Positions 44,899-56,287 of a stretch of 64,000 nt of DNA are shown piece by piece. The DNA is from an uncultured Dehalococcoidales bacterium. GTDB lineage: Bacteria > Chloroflexota > Dehalococcoidia > Dehalococcoidales > UBA5627. The position numbers and the translations under genes were made by a program. The notes under the pieces were generated by a model. The model made no database searches. It saw nothing but the letters and a program-made list of their open reading frames with translations, and was not told where the DNA came from. Each line of letters opens with the position of its first letter. Positions within the stretch are counted from its first letter, which is position 1. The stretch lies in NCBI GenBank assembly GCA_964399425.1, contig CAYNQR010000002.1, forward strand, positions 97,084 through 161,083, given 5' to 3'.

Positions 44899-45729
44899 TT
44901 ACTCTTCGGGGTTTTTGCCGAACAGTTCACAGGGCAGGAATCTCGGTTTATTCCAGATATCATTAAGCTCTTTTTTGCGGCTGGCGCTATCGCTTGCCCG
45001 GATTATATGATAGACGGGGGGATTGGAAAAGTGCGCCGGCTGCAGGTCATCTACGTATCTGTATTCCAGCGCCTTCAACCCCTTCTTAAAAAGATTAATT
45101 AATTCTTTACCTGCCTGATCGTGGTCAATTTTGTTATCGAATCTATCCTGCCTGATGTGCCGCCAATCGGTATTTCCGTAAAGCCGGTCGATAGATGTCT
45201 CACAATCCGCTCTGGTCAGATTTCTTAGAAGCGCCATTTCCAGCGGAAAGAAAATCAACAGGTCTGTTTTGTGCCCTTTCCAGTCCGTTCCGTGAAAAGC
45301 CAGTTTTTTAACGGTTGTCCAGCGCAGTTTTGTATAACCGACCGGGTCGACCAGCGCCAGAGAAGATTTGGAACGCGGTATCAAGTCGAAAGCCTGCTGC
45401 AGGATACTATCGTTAATACAATTACCGGTGATAATATAGCTCCTGTCTTTAAATTTTGCCGTCGATTCCCCAAGTAATTCCGCTTCTTCAGGGTTGTTTA
45501 CTATAAAAATACATTTACGGAACCTGCTTTTCAGCGCGGTTAATTCTGTGCCTTCTATAACACAGTTATCTGTTTTACAGGGGGAAAAAGAACTGCCGGC
45601 AAAGATATCCAGGTAATAATGGTCTCTGTTTCTGTCTGCGTATATTTTTATATACTCAGCGAAGCACTGCAGCTTGTGGCAGAGCCATTTGGGAGGTTGC
45701 CGGAAAGTCTGTTTCAGCTCTTCATTCAT
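44899..45729 (-). CDS. tcmP: Three-Cys-motif partner protein (TcmP)-like, degenerate Rossmann methyltransferase fold
   Basis: W..HKL..FAEY, YLDIFAGS, LVDPVG..LRWTTVKKLA, DLLIFFP, YGNTDW, VYHIIRAS. Confidence 0.6.
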   Translation of the reverse strand: MNEELKQTFRQPPKWLCHKLQCFAEYIKIYADRNRDHYYLDIFAGSSFSPCKTDNCVIEGTELTALKSRFRKCIFIVNNPEEAELLGESTAKFKDRSYIITGNCINDSILQQAFDLIPRSKSSLALVDPVGYTKLRWTTVKKLAFHGTDWKGHKTDLLIFFPLEMALLRNLTRADCETSIDRLYGNTDWRHIRQDRFDNKIDHDQAGKELINLFKKGLKALEYRYVDDLQPAHFSNPPVYHIIRASDSASRKKELNDIWNKPRFLPCELFGKNPEE

Positions 45730-45734
45730 TTAAC

Positions 45735-47048
<1,314 letters not shown>

Positions 47049-47531
47049 TTAATCCGAAATCATCTCCAGCGCTATAGCAACCGCATCCGCAGCATTATCA
47101 ACGCAGATTATGGCATCGTCGGTTTTCTCTTTACTTGACAGTTTCCATGTGCCGAGCCCGATTACCGGTATTCCGTTTTTCAAGGCGTATCCGATTTCCG
47201 TCAGCGTACCGTATCCGCCGCCGACGGCAATAACCGCCTGCGCCGATTTGACGACGATTATATTCCTGGCATAGCCGATGCCGGTGACGATAGGTATCTT
47301 AACGTATTGGTTGGCATCTTTTCTGTCGGTTCCCGGTAGTATGCCAACAGTCAATCCGTTTTCGGAAACAGCGCCGCGGCAGGCAGCCTCCATAACCCCG
47401 TCCAGACCGCCGCAAACCAGAATAGAGCCGCTTTTGGCTATTTCACGACCGAGTGTCTCGGCCAGTTTTATTTCCTGCGCCGAAGCTTTGGAGTTGCCGA
47501 TAACTGCTATGAATTTATTTTTAGCGGTCAT
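47049..47531 (-). CDS. LOG/DprA-superfamily Rossmann protein (TIGR00725-like)
   Basis: LVCGGLDGVMEAACRGA, TGIGYARN, GGGYGTLTEIGYAL. Confidence 0.85.
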   Translation of the reverse strand: MTAKNKFIAVIGNSKASAQEIKLAETLGREIAKSGSILVCGGLDGVMEAACRGAVSENGLTVGILPGTDRKDANQYVKIPIVTGIGYARNIIVVKSAQAVIAVGGGYGTLTEIGYALKNGIPVIGLGTWKLSSKEKTDDAIICVDNAADAVAIALEMISD

Positions 47532-47547
47532 TTTCTAAAACAATCGG

Positions 47548-47577
47548 ATTATAACATCAGCATTGAGCTATTGGCAA
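47548..47577 (-). promoter_or_regulatory. Putative promoter of the LOG-eno-tcmP-hgd-gap operon
   Basis: Minus strand TTGCCA-18 bp-TATAAT with TG extended -10. Confidence 0.5.
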
Positions 47578-47669
47578 AGTGGGGTTTTTATCGATTGAGT
47601 TTGTTTTCAGTTGTTTGACTATTTACCGATAAATCACAAGTCATTTTAAACAGGAATAAGCTAAATAAA

Positions 47670-48230
47670 CCGCTCGTGCCCTTCGTTATGCTTAGGATGC
47701 GCGAATACTAAAGCCGTTCGTGGTGAGCTTGTCGAACCATAACGGCCGTGAATATCGAATTGCATTTAGATGCTTCACTACGTTCAGCATGACAAAAAAT
47801 AGTCGTTGCGAGTCACGATAAAATCGGGACGAAGCAATCACTACAATGCAACATAATTACCCCACCCCGTATATAATATGAAATACCATTATTGTATTTT
47901 AAGGCGCAACTATTACAAAATCGTACGGCAGAGATTGCCGCGCCTTCCCTTCAGGAATGGACTCGCAATGGCAAATAAAAAACGTAGGGACGACCAATGG
48001 TCGTCCGCATTTATGTTTTCGTATCTGGCGGATGGGCAATGCCCGTTCCTGCGGGGTTAACGATTAAACTGTCATTCTGGAAGTCACAAGGGGTGACTGA
48101 AGAATCTTGGGTGTGGGGAGAATCAGCACAAAGGTATCTGCGGCAACAGTCGGAAACGCCTTATTAATTCGCCGCCGTTATGGTTCGACAGGCTCACCAC
48201 GAACGGATTTATTAGGACTTCTAGCAATGG
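47670..48230. repeat. Intergenic mosaic of palindromic repeats (copy 4)
   Basis: gccgttcgtggtgagcttgtcgaacca; gtcgttgcgag..cgaagcaatc ... gagattgccgcg..ctcgcaatggc pair; REP doublet 47984-48052; 47978-48167 is an inverted copy of 14824-15012. Confidence 0.9.
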
Positions 48231-48287
48231 CAGTTTCGGAAATTAAATTTTTAATAGCAATCAGGACTAATCCGAAACGGCAGAGGG

Positions 48288-48866
48288 TTAATTAAACTTG
48301 TTCATAGCCGTTTCTACTTCTTCGGTAAGCAGGCATAGAATGGCATCGCTGACTTTCTCTATGGACGGCTCGATTAGTTTCTTTTCATCCGGACTGAAGC
48401 TGTTCAGGACAAAATCTACAATGTCGTCATCGTAATAGTTATTATCGTTGTCTTTTTCCGGCCGTCCGATACCCACTTTAATCCTGATAAAGTCGCGCGT
48501 GCCGATATCACGGATAATCGAATCGATGCCTTTATGTCCCCCCGAACTGCCCCCGGCCCTGATGCGCACTTTTCCGAGCGGTAAGTCCATATCGTCGTGG
48601 ATGACGATGATATCGGATGGCTTCAATTTGAATTTATGCATCAGGCGGTTTACCGATCGTCCGCTGAGATTCATATATGTTTGCGGTTTAGCCAGGACGA
48701 CCTCGATTCCTTCCACCGTACCGCGTCCGGTTCTGGCATCGGCCTGTTTTTTATCGAATTCAATATTATGCTCTTTAGCAAAATGCTTTAAGCACATGAA
48801 ACCGATATTATGACGGGACTTCGAATAACCCTGCCCCGGATTTCCCAGGCCGATAATTAATTTCAT
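48288..48866 (-). CDS. pth: Peptidyl-tRNA hydrolase
   Basis: LIIGLGNPG, RHNIGF, KPQTYMNLSG, VIHDDMD, GGHKG, RIKVGIGRP. Confidence 0.97.
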   Translation of the reverse strand: MKLIIGLGNPGQGYSKSRHNIGFMCLKHFAKEHNIEFDKKQADARTGRGTVEGIEVVLAKPQTYMNLSGRSVNRLMHKFKLKPSDIIVIHDDMDLPLGKVRIRAGGSSGGHKGIDSIIRDIGTRDFIRIKVGIGRPEKDNDNNYYDDDIVDFVLNSFSPDEKKLIEPSIEKVSDAILCLLTEEVETAMNKFN

Positions 48867-48934
48867 CAGATAATAGGATAATACCTGCGCCTGATTTAAT
48901 CAACCCCGCGTAATCTGATATACTTTATACATAT

Positions 48935-50953
48935 ATGAAAACCGATGATGTTCAGTCTGAAATCGAGAATCTGAGGGCGGAAATCGACCGGCACAATTAC
49001 CTTTATTACGTGCTGGATGCTCCTGAAATCAGCGATGCCGAATATGACGAGCTGATGCAGAAACTGCGCCGCCTCGAAGATGAATTTCCGCAGTATTTAA
49101 CCCCCGAATCCCCGACGCAAAGAGTGGGGGCGGCTCCGCTTGAAGCTTTCGGGGTGGTGGAACATAAAGTGCCCCTTTTATCGTTGGCGAACGTTTTTTC
49201 CAACGAGGAACTGGAGGTCTGGTATAAACGCACGCTGAAATTGCTGGACGGGCAGAAACCGGCCTTTGTCTGCGAACACAAGATGGATGGATTGTCTGTA
49301 TCTTTGACTTACATAGATGGGAAGTTTATAACCGGAGCTACGCGCGGCGACGGGTACAAGGGTGAAAACATCACGCAGAACCTGAGAACTATTAAAAGCA
49401 TCCCCATAACTTTACCAAAAGGAGCGCCGTCTTTAATCGAGGTCAGGGGCGAGGTTTTCCTGCCGCATGCCGGTTTCAATAAATTGAATAAAGAAAGGGC
49501 TGCCGAAGGACAGCCTCTTTTTGCCAATCCGCGCAATGCCGCTGCCGGGTCTTTACGCCAGCTTGATTCCACGATAACATCCACACGTCCGCTGGATATT
49601 TATGTTTATACCCTTGCTCGTCTTGAAGGAGCGAAATTCCCTGAGACACATTGGGAAGCCCTGAATTATATGAAATCGCTGGGTTTTAAAATTAATCCGA
49701 ATAATCTTCCGGTCAAAACTATCGAACAGATAGAGGCATACCGCAACGAATGGAAAGATAAAAGGGAGAGCTTGCCGTACGATGCCGACGGCATCGTTGC
49801 CAAGATAGATAGTATAGAGTTGCAGGAGCAGTTGGGGGACGTCGGGCGCGAGCCGAGATGGGCAATTGCCTACAAGTTCCCGGCAATGCAGGCTAATACG
49901 CTTTTAAAAGAGATTCGTATCAGCGTTGGCAGGACGGGGACACTTAATCCCTATGCCGTGCTCGAACCGGTATCGGTAGGCGGCGTAACCATCAAACAGG
50001 CAACATTACATAACGAAGACGATATAAAGAGGAAGGATATCCGCGAAGGCGATATGGTAATCATTCAAAGGGCTGGTGATGTAATACCGCAGATAGTCGG
50101 GCCGGTTCTCTCCAAACGTCCCGCTCTGTCAGTTGCATTCAGTTTGCCTGCAAAGGTTAACGGTGTTTGTCCCCAATGCGGCAGCCGCATATACAAGCCC
50201 GAAGGGGAAGTGATGTATTATTGCCCGGATGCCGCCTGTCCGGCTCAGGCGATCTTGAAAATCGAGCACTTTGCATCGAGAGGCGCGATGGATATACGCG
50301 GTGTCGGCGAAAAAATGAGCGTTATCCTCTACAAAGAAGGATTGATAGGCGATTTTGCCGATTTATATAAGCTAAAGGATAAAAGAGAAGAATTATTAAA
50401 TATCGAGCGGATGGGCGAAAAGAGCATCGATAATATGCTGGAGGCCATCGAAAACAGCAAGAAGCGTCCGCTAGCCAGTCTCATTTTTGCGCTGGGAATC
50501 CGTCACGTCGGTGAGGAAATCGCCGGTATTCTGGCAAATGAATTCGGTAGCATCGATAATTTGGCAGCAGCTTCCAAAGATGAGATAGACGCCATTCCGG
50601 CCATAGGGGTAAAAATCTCTGACAGTATTATCGCTTATCTCGAAAATCCGAAGAACAAGGAGATAATCCGAAAACTGAAAGATGCGGGTGTAGCGATGAC
50701 CCTGGAAAATAGGGAAACAAGGAATAAGACGCTCTCCGGTGTGGAGTTCGTAATTACCGGCAAACTGGAAAGCATGTCCCGTCCCCAGGCTGAGGAAAAG
50801 ATAAAACAGCTTGGCGGAGCGGCAAAAAACGATGTGACGAAAAAGACCAATTATCTGGTTGCAGGCGCAGACCCGGGTTCCAAACTGGATAGAGCAAGGG
50901 AAATGGGGATTAAGATAATTTCTGAGAGCGAATTTTTAGAGCTTTTAAAATAA
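48935..50953 (+). CDS. ligA: NAD-dependent DNA ligase
   Basis: YY..DAPEISDAEYD, EHKMDG, TRGDG, EVRGE, PRWAIAYKF, VGRTG, zinc finger, BRCT domain. Confidence 0.98.
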   Translation: MKTDDVQSEIENLRAEIDRHNYLYYVLDAPEISDAEYDELMQKLRRLEDEFPQYLTPESPTQRVGAAPLEAFGVVEHKVPLLSLANVFSNEELEVWYKRTLKLLDGQKPAFVCEHKMDGLSVSLTYIDGKFITGATRGDGYKGENITQNLRTIKSIPITLPKGAPSLIEVRGEVFLPHAGFNKLNKERAAEGQPLFANPRNAAAGSLRQLDSTITSTRPLDIYVYTLARLEGAKFPETHWEALNYMKSLGFKINPNNLPVKTIEQIEAYRNEWKDKRESLPYDADGIVAKIDSIELQEQLGDVGREPRWAIAYKFPAMQANTLLKEIRISVGRTGTLNPYAVLEPVSVGGVTIKQATLHNEDDIKRKDIREGDMVIIQRAGDVIPQIVGPVLSKRPALSVAFSLPAKVNGVCPQCGSRIYKPEGEVMYYCPDAACPAQAILKIEHFASRGAMDIRGVGEKMSVILYKEGLIGDFADLYKLKDKREELLNIERMGEKSIDNMLEAIENSKKRPLASLIFALGIRHVGEEIAGILANEFGSIDNLAAASKDEIDAIPAIGVKISDSIIAYLENPKNKEIIRKLKDAGVAMTLENRETRNKTLSGVEFVITGKLESMSRPQAEEKIKQLGGAAKNDVTKKTNYLVAGADPGSKLDRAREMGIKIISESEFLELLK

Positions 50954-50983
50954 ATAGAATAGATATGGAGAAAAACGATTTAA

Positions 50984-52291
50984 ATGGCTGAAATCAGACC
51001 TTTTCGCGGCGTGCATTATAACAAAGAGATAGTCGGCGATATATCGGGGGTTATTTGCCCCCCTTACGATATAATTTCTCCCGAGATGGATGAGGAACTA
51101 CACAATCGAAACGCTTATAATTTTATTCGCATCGAGTATAATCGCCTGCAACCGGACGATTCGGATACTAACAACAGGTACACCCGTTCGGCAGCTAATT
51201 TTCAACAGTGGCTTGAACAAAAAGTACTGGTTACCGACGAAATGCCGGCGATTTACGTGCACGACCAGTTCTTTCATCTCGATGGCGACGAGTATAAAAG
51301 GCGTTCGCTGATTGCCAGGGTAAGGCTGGAGGAATGGGATAAGAACATCATCAGGCCGCACGAAAACACCTTCAAAGGCCCCAAGAAAGATAGAATCAGC
51401 CTGTTATGGGCATTGAACGCCAATACCAGTTCCGTGATGTCGATGTATGAAGATAAAGACCTTAAAATTTCGTCTTTTTTAAAAAGGATGGATAGTGGGA
51501 AATTACTGATAGCCACAGAGGAATTGGACGGAGAGCGCCACAACATCTGGACGATTACCGAACCCCAGGCGGTAAAAGAATTCTGCGATTATTTCAATGA
51601 TAAACCTCTCTATGTTGCAGACGGACACCACCGCTATGAAAGTGCTTTAACCTATAAAAGGGAACGCAGTTCCTGTGACAATAATACTAATCCCGATGCC
51701 GCTTATAATTTTGTTATGATGACGCTTTTGGATATGGACGACCCGAATCTGATTATCTTTCCGACTCACCGCTTGTTGTCCGGTCTGGAAACAGAAGTAA
51801 CAGGTAATCTCGAAGAAAAATTAAAGGATTACTTAGATATTGAAGATTTATCGCTTGATGCTCCTGACGTGTGGCAGCAGGTTGACCATATAACTGCGGA
51901 CGAAGCGAGTATCAAATTGACCGTGGTCGGTTTAAAACAGGGGATGGTATCCGTCCTGACATTGAAGGATTTAGCAACTGCCGTGGCTATGATGCCGGCG
52001 GAACGTTCCGATGTTTATAAGAAGATGGATGTCAGCATTGTCGACCACGTCATTCTGGAAAAGATACTGGGAATGCAGAGCGATGATGAAAAACGTATTG
52101 CTTACACTCATAACAGGGCTGAGGCAGTTAAAACGGCAGTAAACGGTGAATGCCAGCTGGCGATTATTACCAATATGGTAAAAGGGCAGACCATTAAGGA
52201 TATCGCCGATGCTAAAGACAGGATGCCGCGCAAATCTACTTATTTCTATCCCAAGCTGCCGAGCGGGTTGATTGTGAATCATTTGGTGTAA
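50984..52291 (+). CDS. DUF1015 family protein
   Basis: MAEIRPFRG, PPYDII, IRPHENT, YVADGHHRY, MPRKSTYFYPKLPSGL. Confidence 0.85.
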   Translation: MAEIRPFRGVHYNKEIVGDISGVICPPYDIISPEMDEELHNRNAYNFIRIEYNRLQPDDSDTNNRYTRSAANFQQWLEQKVLVTDEMPAIYVHDQFFHLDGDEYKRRSLIARVRLEEWDKNIIRPHENTFKGPKKDRISLLWALNANTSSVMSMYEDKDLKISSFLKRMDSGKLLIATEELDGERHNIWTITEPQAVKEFCDYFNDKPLYVADGHHRYESALTYKRERSSCDNNTNPDAAYNFVMMTLLDMDDPNLIIFPTHRLLSGLETEVTGNLEEKLKDYLDIEDLSLDAPDVWQQVDHITADEASIKLTVVGLKQGMVSVLTLKDLATAVAMMPAERSDVYKKMDVSIVDHVILEKILGMQSDDEKRIAYTHNRAEAVKTAVNGECQLAIITNMVKGQTIKDIADAKDRMPRKSTYFYPKLPSGLIVNHLV

Positions 52292-52304
52292 GAATCGGGA
52301 AAAT

Positions 52305-52870
52305 ATTAACCCTCATCCGTCATTTACTTCGTATATGCCACCTTCTCCAAGGGGAAGGCAAAAAAGCGGCTTCCCTTGGGGGAAGCTGTCGAGCGTAGCG
52401 AGACTGATGAGGGGATATGGAAAAACACCCTGCCCCGGATGCTTCGTTCGACCACCACGAACTCAGTATGACAATATACTACTAGTCGTTGCGAGGAGTT
52501 CCTCTACATTGTCATTCTGAGTCGCAGACGAATGAATCTAATACAAATCTGAGAGGGACGACGAAGCAATCCCTACAACGCCACTTAATTACCCCACCCC
52601 TGATATATAAAATAATAGCCGTTCGTTCTTAGTCTCGACCTGTCGGTAAAGGAAACGGCGACGAATATCGAATTGCATTTAGATGCTTCGCTGCGCCCAG
52701 TATGACAAAAAAACGTAGGGACAACCATTGGTCGTCCGCATTTATGTTTCCGTATTTGGCGGACTGGAAATGCCAGTCCCTACGATTAAATAGCAGCATT
52801 AAAAAAGAAAATTATCGCGGCAAATCCCCTTTGATTCCCCTTTTCCAAAGTGGAAGAATACGATCTCTTT
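52305..52870. repeat. Intergenic mosaic of palindromic repeats (copy 5)
   Basis: Shares modules with 7778-7830, 7983-8037, 14601-14724 (inverted) and 47714-47795; REP doublet 52715-52783. Confidence 0.9.
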
Positions 52871-52990
52871 TTAATGTAAAATAATATAGATAAATCGAGA
52901 ATCACTTTTCTTGGTGATATCTAAAACCACTTAACATAATAGTCGTTTCTCCGTTTGACAAAGGAAGATTGTGTGGGCTTTAAAAAGGGG

Positions 52991-53569
52991 TTAAATGTTT
53001 TTAGAAACAATTTTCAGAAAGTACTCGTGCATACGGCTGTCGTCTGTCAGTTCCGGGTGAAAGGACATCCCCAGCAGGTTGTTTTGTCTGACAGCAACGA
53101 TAGTTCCGTTGTCCAGTTTGCCGAGTATTTCAACATTGCCGGATGCTTCTTCGATTAAAGGAGCGCGGATGAATACCGAATGGAAGGGTTTATCCCCCAG
53201 TGCCTTGATATCGAGATCGGTTTCGAAACTGTCCGGTTGCCTGCCGAAGGCATTGCGCCGTACTTTAATATCCATCAATCCGAGCGTTTTGATGTCGGAA
53301 TTGGTAATAATTTTTGCAAGCAATATCATTCCGGCGCAGGTTCCCATCATGGGGAAGCCTTCAAGCCCCAGTTTGCGCAGCGGCTCGATAAGCTCATAAT
53401 TATTTGCCAGGTTGAGCATGGTGGTGCTTTCCCCGCCGGGAATAATAAGCCCGTCCAAACTTTTCAGTTCGCCGGGCTTACGTACCTGTTCGCTGCCGAT
53501 GCCCAATCCATTAAGGATATGAGCATGTTCTATGAAAGCCCCTTGCAGGGCCAATATGCCTATTTTCAT
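52991..53569 (-). CDS. pdxT: Pyridoxal 5'-phosphate synthase glutaminase subunit
   Basis: GILALQGAF, IPGGESTT, GTCAGMILLA, RNAFGRQ, FIRAP, FHPEL. Confidence 0.95.
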   Translation of the reverse strand: MKIGILALQGAFIEHAHILNGLGIGSEQVRKPGELKSLDGLIIPGGESTTMLNLANNYELIEPLRKLGLEGFPMMGTCAGMILLAKIITNSDIKTLGLMDIKVRRNAFGRQPDSFETDLDIKALGDKPFHSVFIRAPLIEEASGNVEILGKLDNGTIVAVRQNNLLGMSFHPELTDDSRMHEYFLKIVSKNI

Positions 53570-53572
53570 ATT

Positions 53573-55147
53573 TTATATCTTGACTACTTTGGCGCTGTAG
53601 ACATCGGGCAAGGCTAACAACTTGTCGATTTGCTCCTTTGAAAAGGGTGCGTCCAGCGCCAGTATCATCAAGGCCTGTCCCCTGGGTTTCAAGCGGCTTA
53701 AGTGCATATAGCTGATATTGACATCGCCGTCTCCGGCAATCTTGCCTACGGCTCCGATAAGCCCCGGCCGGTCGCGATGGTCGCTGAACAGGAAGTAGCC
53801 GCCGGTTGGAATAATGTCTATCCAGTAGTCGTTTACCCTGACGATATGGGTTTCTCCGCGCAGTACCGTGCCGGCAACCGTAATCGTTTCGGTGCTGGTG
53901 GTTACTTCAAGCGTTATCAGGTTGGCATAATTTTCACAGGTGGTTTCTTTTTGTTCGATTACTTTTATGCCGCGTCGTGATGCTATTATGTTGGCGTTTA
54001 CCACATTCACTCTTTCTTCGGTAATGCGATTTAATACTCCGCCTAAAATAGCCGCTTTAAGAGCGTTGGTATCATAACCGGAGATTTCTCCCTGGTATTT
54101 TATATGCAAGCCTGTCATTTGTCCTTCGCCGAGGTAGCTGGCTACGCTGCCTATTGTCGAGCATACTTCAAGGAACGGCGAAAGGAACGGCATAGCTTCC
54201 GCCTTGATGAAAGGCGCATTTACAGCGTACCTTGCCGGCTGCCCGTGGAAGACGTCTATAATCTGTTGAACCACCTCTGTAGTAGCCAGCGTCTGCGCTT
54301 CGGTAGTGGATGCCCCTAGATGCGGTGTAACTATAATTTTATCGTTTTCAAACAGCGGGCTTTCGGTACAGGGTTCGTTTTCGAAAACATCGATTGCCGC
54401 GCTAGCAACTCTCTTTTCTTTGACGGCTTTCACCAGCGCATCGTTATCGATAAGTCCGCCGCGGGCGGCATTGATAATCCTGACATTCGGCTTGACCGTA
54501 GCCAGTTCCTTTTCGCCGATGATGTTCCTGGTGGATTCAATCAGGGGAATATGCAGGGTGATAAAATCCGATTCCTTAATCAGTTGCGCCAGTGGAACCA
54601 GTTCCACCTGCAAATTGGCAGCTCTTTCGGCCGAGATAATCGGGTCGTACCCGATGAGTTTCATTTCCAGCCCGCGGGCGCGCCTGGCTACTTCCGAACC
54701 GACATTGCCCAGTCCGACGATACCCAGTGTTTTCCCTTTTACTTCTGTGCCCATAAAATCGGCTCTCAACCACTTGCCGGATTTTAACGAAGCGTTAGCC
54801 TGCGGTATGTTGCGCGCCATAGCAAGCATCAGGGCAATAGCGTGTTCAGCAGCCGATACCGTATTTCCGGTAGGCGCGTTGACAACGATAATGCCGTGCT
54901 GGCTGGCGGCGTTAGTATCGATATTGTCGACCCCGACACCGGCGCGTCCGATAATTTGCAGTTTTTTTCCGGCGGCAATAATATCTGCCGTAACCTGCGT
55001 CTGGCTGCGCACGATTAATGCATCATAATCTCCGATTATAGCGATTATGTCTTCAGGTTTTTGCTTTGTTTTTACATCTACCTGGGCATACCTGCTCAGT
55101 AAATCGATTCCTTCCTGGGCGATAGGGTCGGCAACTAATACTTTCAT
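53573..55147 (-). CDS. serA: D-3-phosphoglycerate dehydrogenase with ASB and ACT domains
   Basis: GRAGVGVDNID, NTVSAAEH, GLGNVG, NAARGG, TPHLGAST, DRPGLIG. Confidence 0.95.
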   Translation of the reverse strand: MKVLVADPIAQEGIDLLSRYAQVDVKTKQKPEDIIAIIGDYDALIVRSQTQVTADIIAAGKKLQIIGRAGVGVDNIDTNAASQHGIIVVNAPTGNTVSAAEHAIALMLAMARNIPQANASLKSGKWLRADFMGTEVKGKTLGIVGLGNVGSEVARRARGLEMKLIGYDPIISAERAANLQVELVPLAQLIKESDFITLHIPLIESTRNIIGEKELATVKPNVRIINAARGGLIDNDALVKAVKEKRVASAAIDVFENEPCTESPLFENDKIIVTPHLGASTTEAQTLATTEVVQQIIDVFHGQPARYAVNAPFIKAEAMPFLSPFLEVCSTIGSVASYLGEGQMTGLHIKYQGEISGYDTNALKAAILGGVLNRITEERVNVVNANIIASRRGIKVIEQKETTCENYANLITLEVTTSTETITVAGTVLRGETHIVRVNDYWIDIIPTGGYFLFSDHRDRPGLIGAVGKIAGDGDVNISYMHLSRLKPRGQALMILALDAPFSKEQIDKLLALPDVYSAKVVKI

Positions 55148-55148
55148 T

Positions 55149-56243
55149 TTATTTTTTCACCTCAAAACCTGCCTGCGGTAAAACTACTTTCAATTTGTTA
55201 AATACTTCTTTAATATCGTCTTCGGTAACGTAGCCGAGATGCCCGATGCGGAAGATTTTACCCGCCAGGTGCAACTGTCCGCCGCCGAGTACGATATCGT
55301 GCTGTTCACGCATGGTCTTTGTTAACAATTTAACGTCCAGTCCTTCGGGCGCCAGAATCGAAGTCACCGTATTGGAAGCATATTTCTCATCGGCAAACAG
55401 CGGCAATCCGAGTTCTTTGACGCCTTTTCTGGTCATATCGGCAATACGGATATGGCGGGCAAATATATTTTGAATGCCTTCTTCCAGCATCATTTGAAGG
55501 GCTTTTTCCATGGCAAAAACAACTGAAATAGCCGGAGTCCAGGGCGTCTGTCCCTTTTCCAGGTTGCTCTTTGCTTTGGCTATATCGAAATAAAAGCGGG
55601 GCATTTTAGCTTCGGCGTTGGCTTTCCACGCCCTCTCGCTAACCGAAATCATAGCCAGACCGGGCGGTACCATCCAACCTTTTTGCGAGCCGGAAACGAC
55701 TACGTCGCAGCCCCATTCGTCAACCGGAAAATCGATTGAACTCATGCTGCTGACGGCATCGACCAAAATCAGCTTATCGAATTCCTTGACCACCTTGCTG
55801 ATTGCCGCAAGGTCGTTGGTGACACCGGTAGATGTTTCGTTGTGGGTAACCAGCACCGCTTTTACAGCCGGGTTGTCATTCAGCGCTTTGCGAACGGCTT
55901 CCGGGTCGGCCGCTTTTCCCCACTCGAAATTCAAGGGAATAACATCGGCGCCGTATGTCTTGGCGATAGTAGCGAAACGGTCGCCGAAAACGCCGATGGA
56001 AACAGCCAGTACTTTATCTCCGGGAGAAAGCATATTTACCACTGCCGCTTCCAGTCCGCCGGTTCCCGATGCCGTAAGGGTAATTACATCATTGCTGGTT
56101 TGAAATACCGTTTTAAGATTACAGGTTATATCATTTAATATCTTGGCAAATTCAGGGCCCCTGTGATTTATCATTTGCCGGCTCATCTCTTTGAGAATAA
56201 CATCAGGGCAGGGTGTCGGTCCGGGGATACGCAGATTAGTCAT
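55149..56243 (-). CDS. Class V PLP aminotransferase (alanine-glyoxylate/serine-pyruvate type), probably the phosphoserine aminotransferase here
   Basis: RIPGPTP, HRGPEF, HNETSTGV, VDAVSS, GSQKGWM, FRIGHLG; adjacent to serA. Confidence 0.85.
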   Translation of the reverse strand: MTNLRIPGPTPCPDVILKEMSRQMINHRGPEFAKILNDITCNLKTVFQTSNDVITLTASGTGGLEAAVVNMLSPGDKVLAVSIGVFGDRFATIAKTYGADVIPLNFEWGKAADPEAVRKALNDNPAVKAVLVTHNETSTGVTNDLAAISKVVKEFDKLILVDAVSSMSSIDFPVDEWGCDVVVSGSQKGWMVPPGLAMISVSERAWKANAEAKMPRFYFDIAKAKSNLEKGQTPWTPAISVVFAMEKALQMMLEEGIQNIFARHIRIADMTRKGVKELGLPLFADEKYASNTVTSILAPEGLDVKLLTKTMREQHDIVLGGGQLHLAGKIFRIGHLGYVTEDDIKEVFNKLKVVLPQAGFEVKK

Positions 56244-56287
56244 ATTCTTAACTCCTTTGAAAACACTTCTTTATTTGGTATAAAAAG

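Noticed and set aside
55149-56243. Gene symbol serC
   Set aside because: The sequence is of the alanine-glyoxylate/serine-pyruvate class V type rather than canonical SerC; function is suggested only by position.
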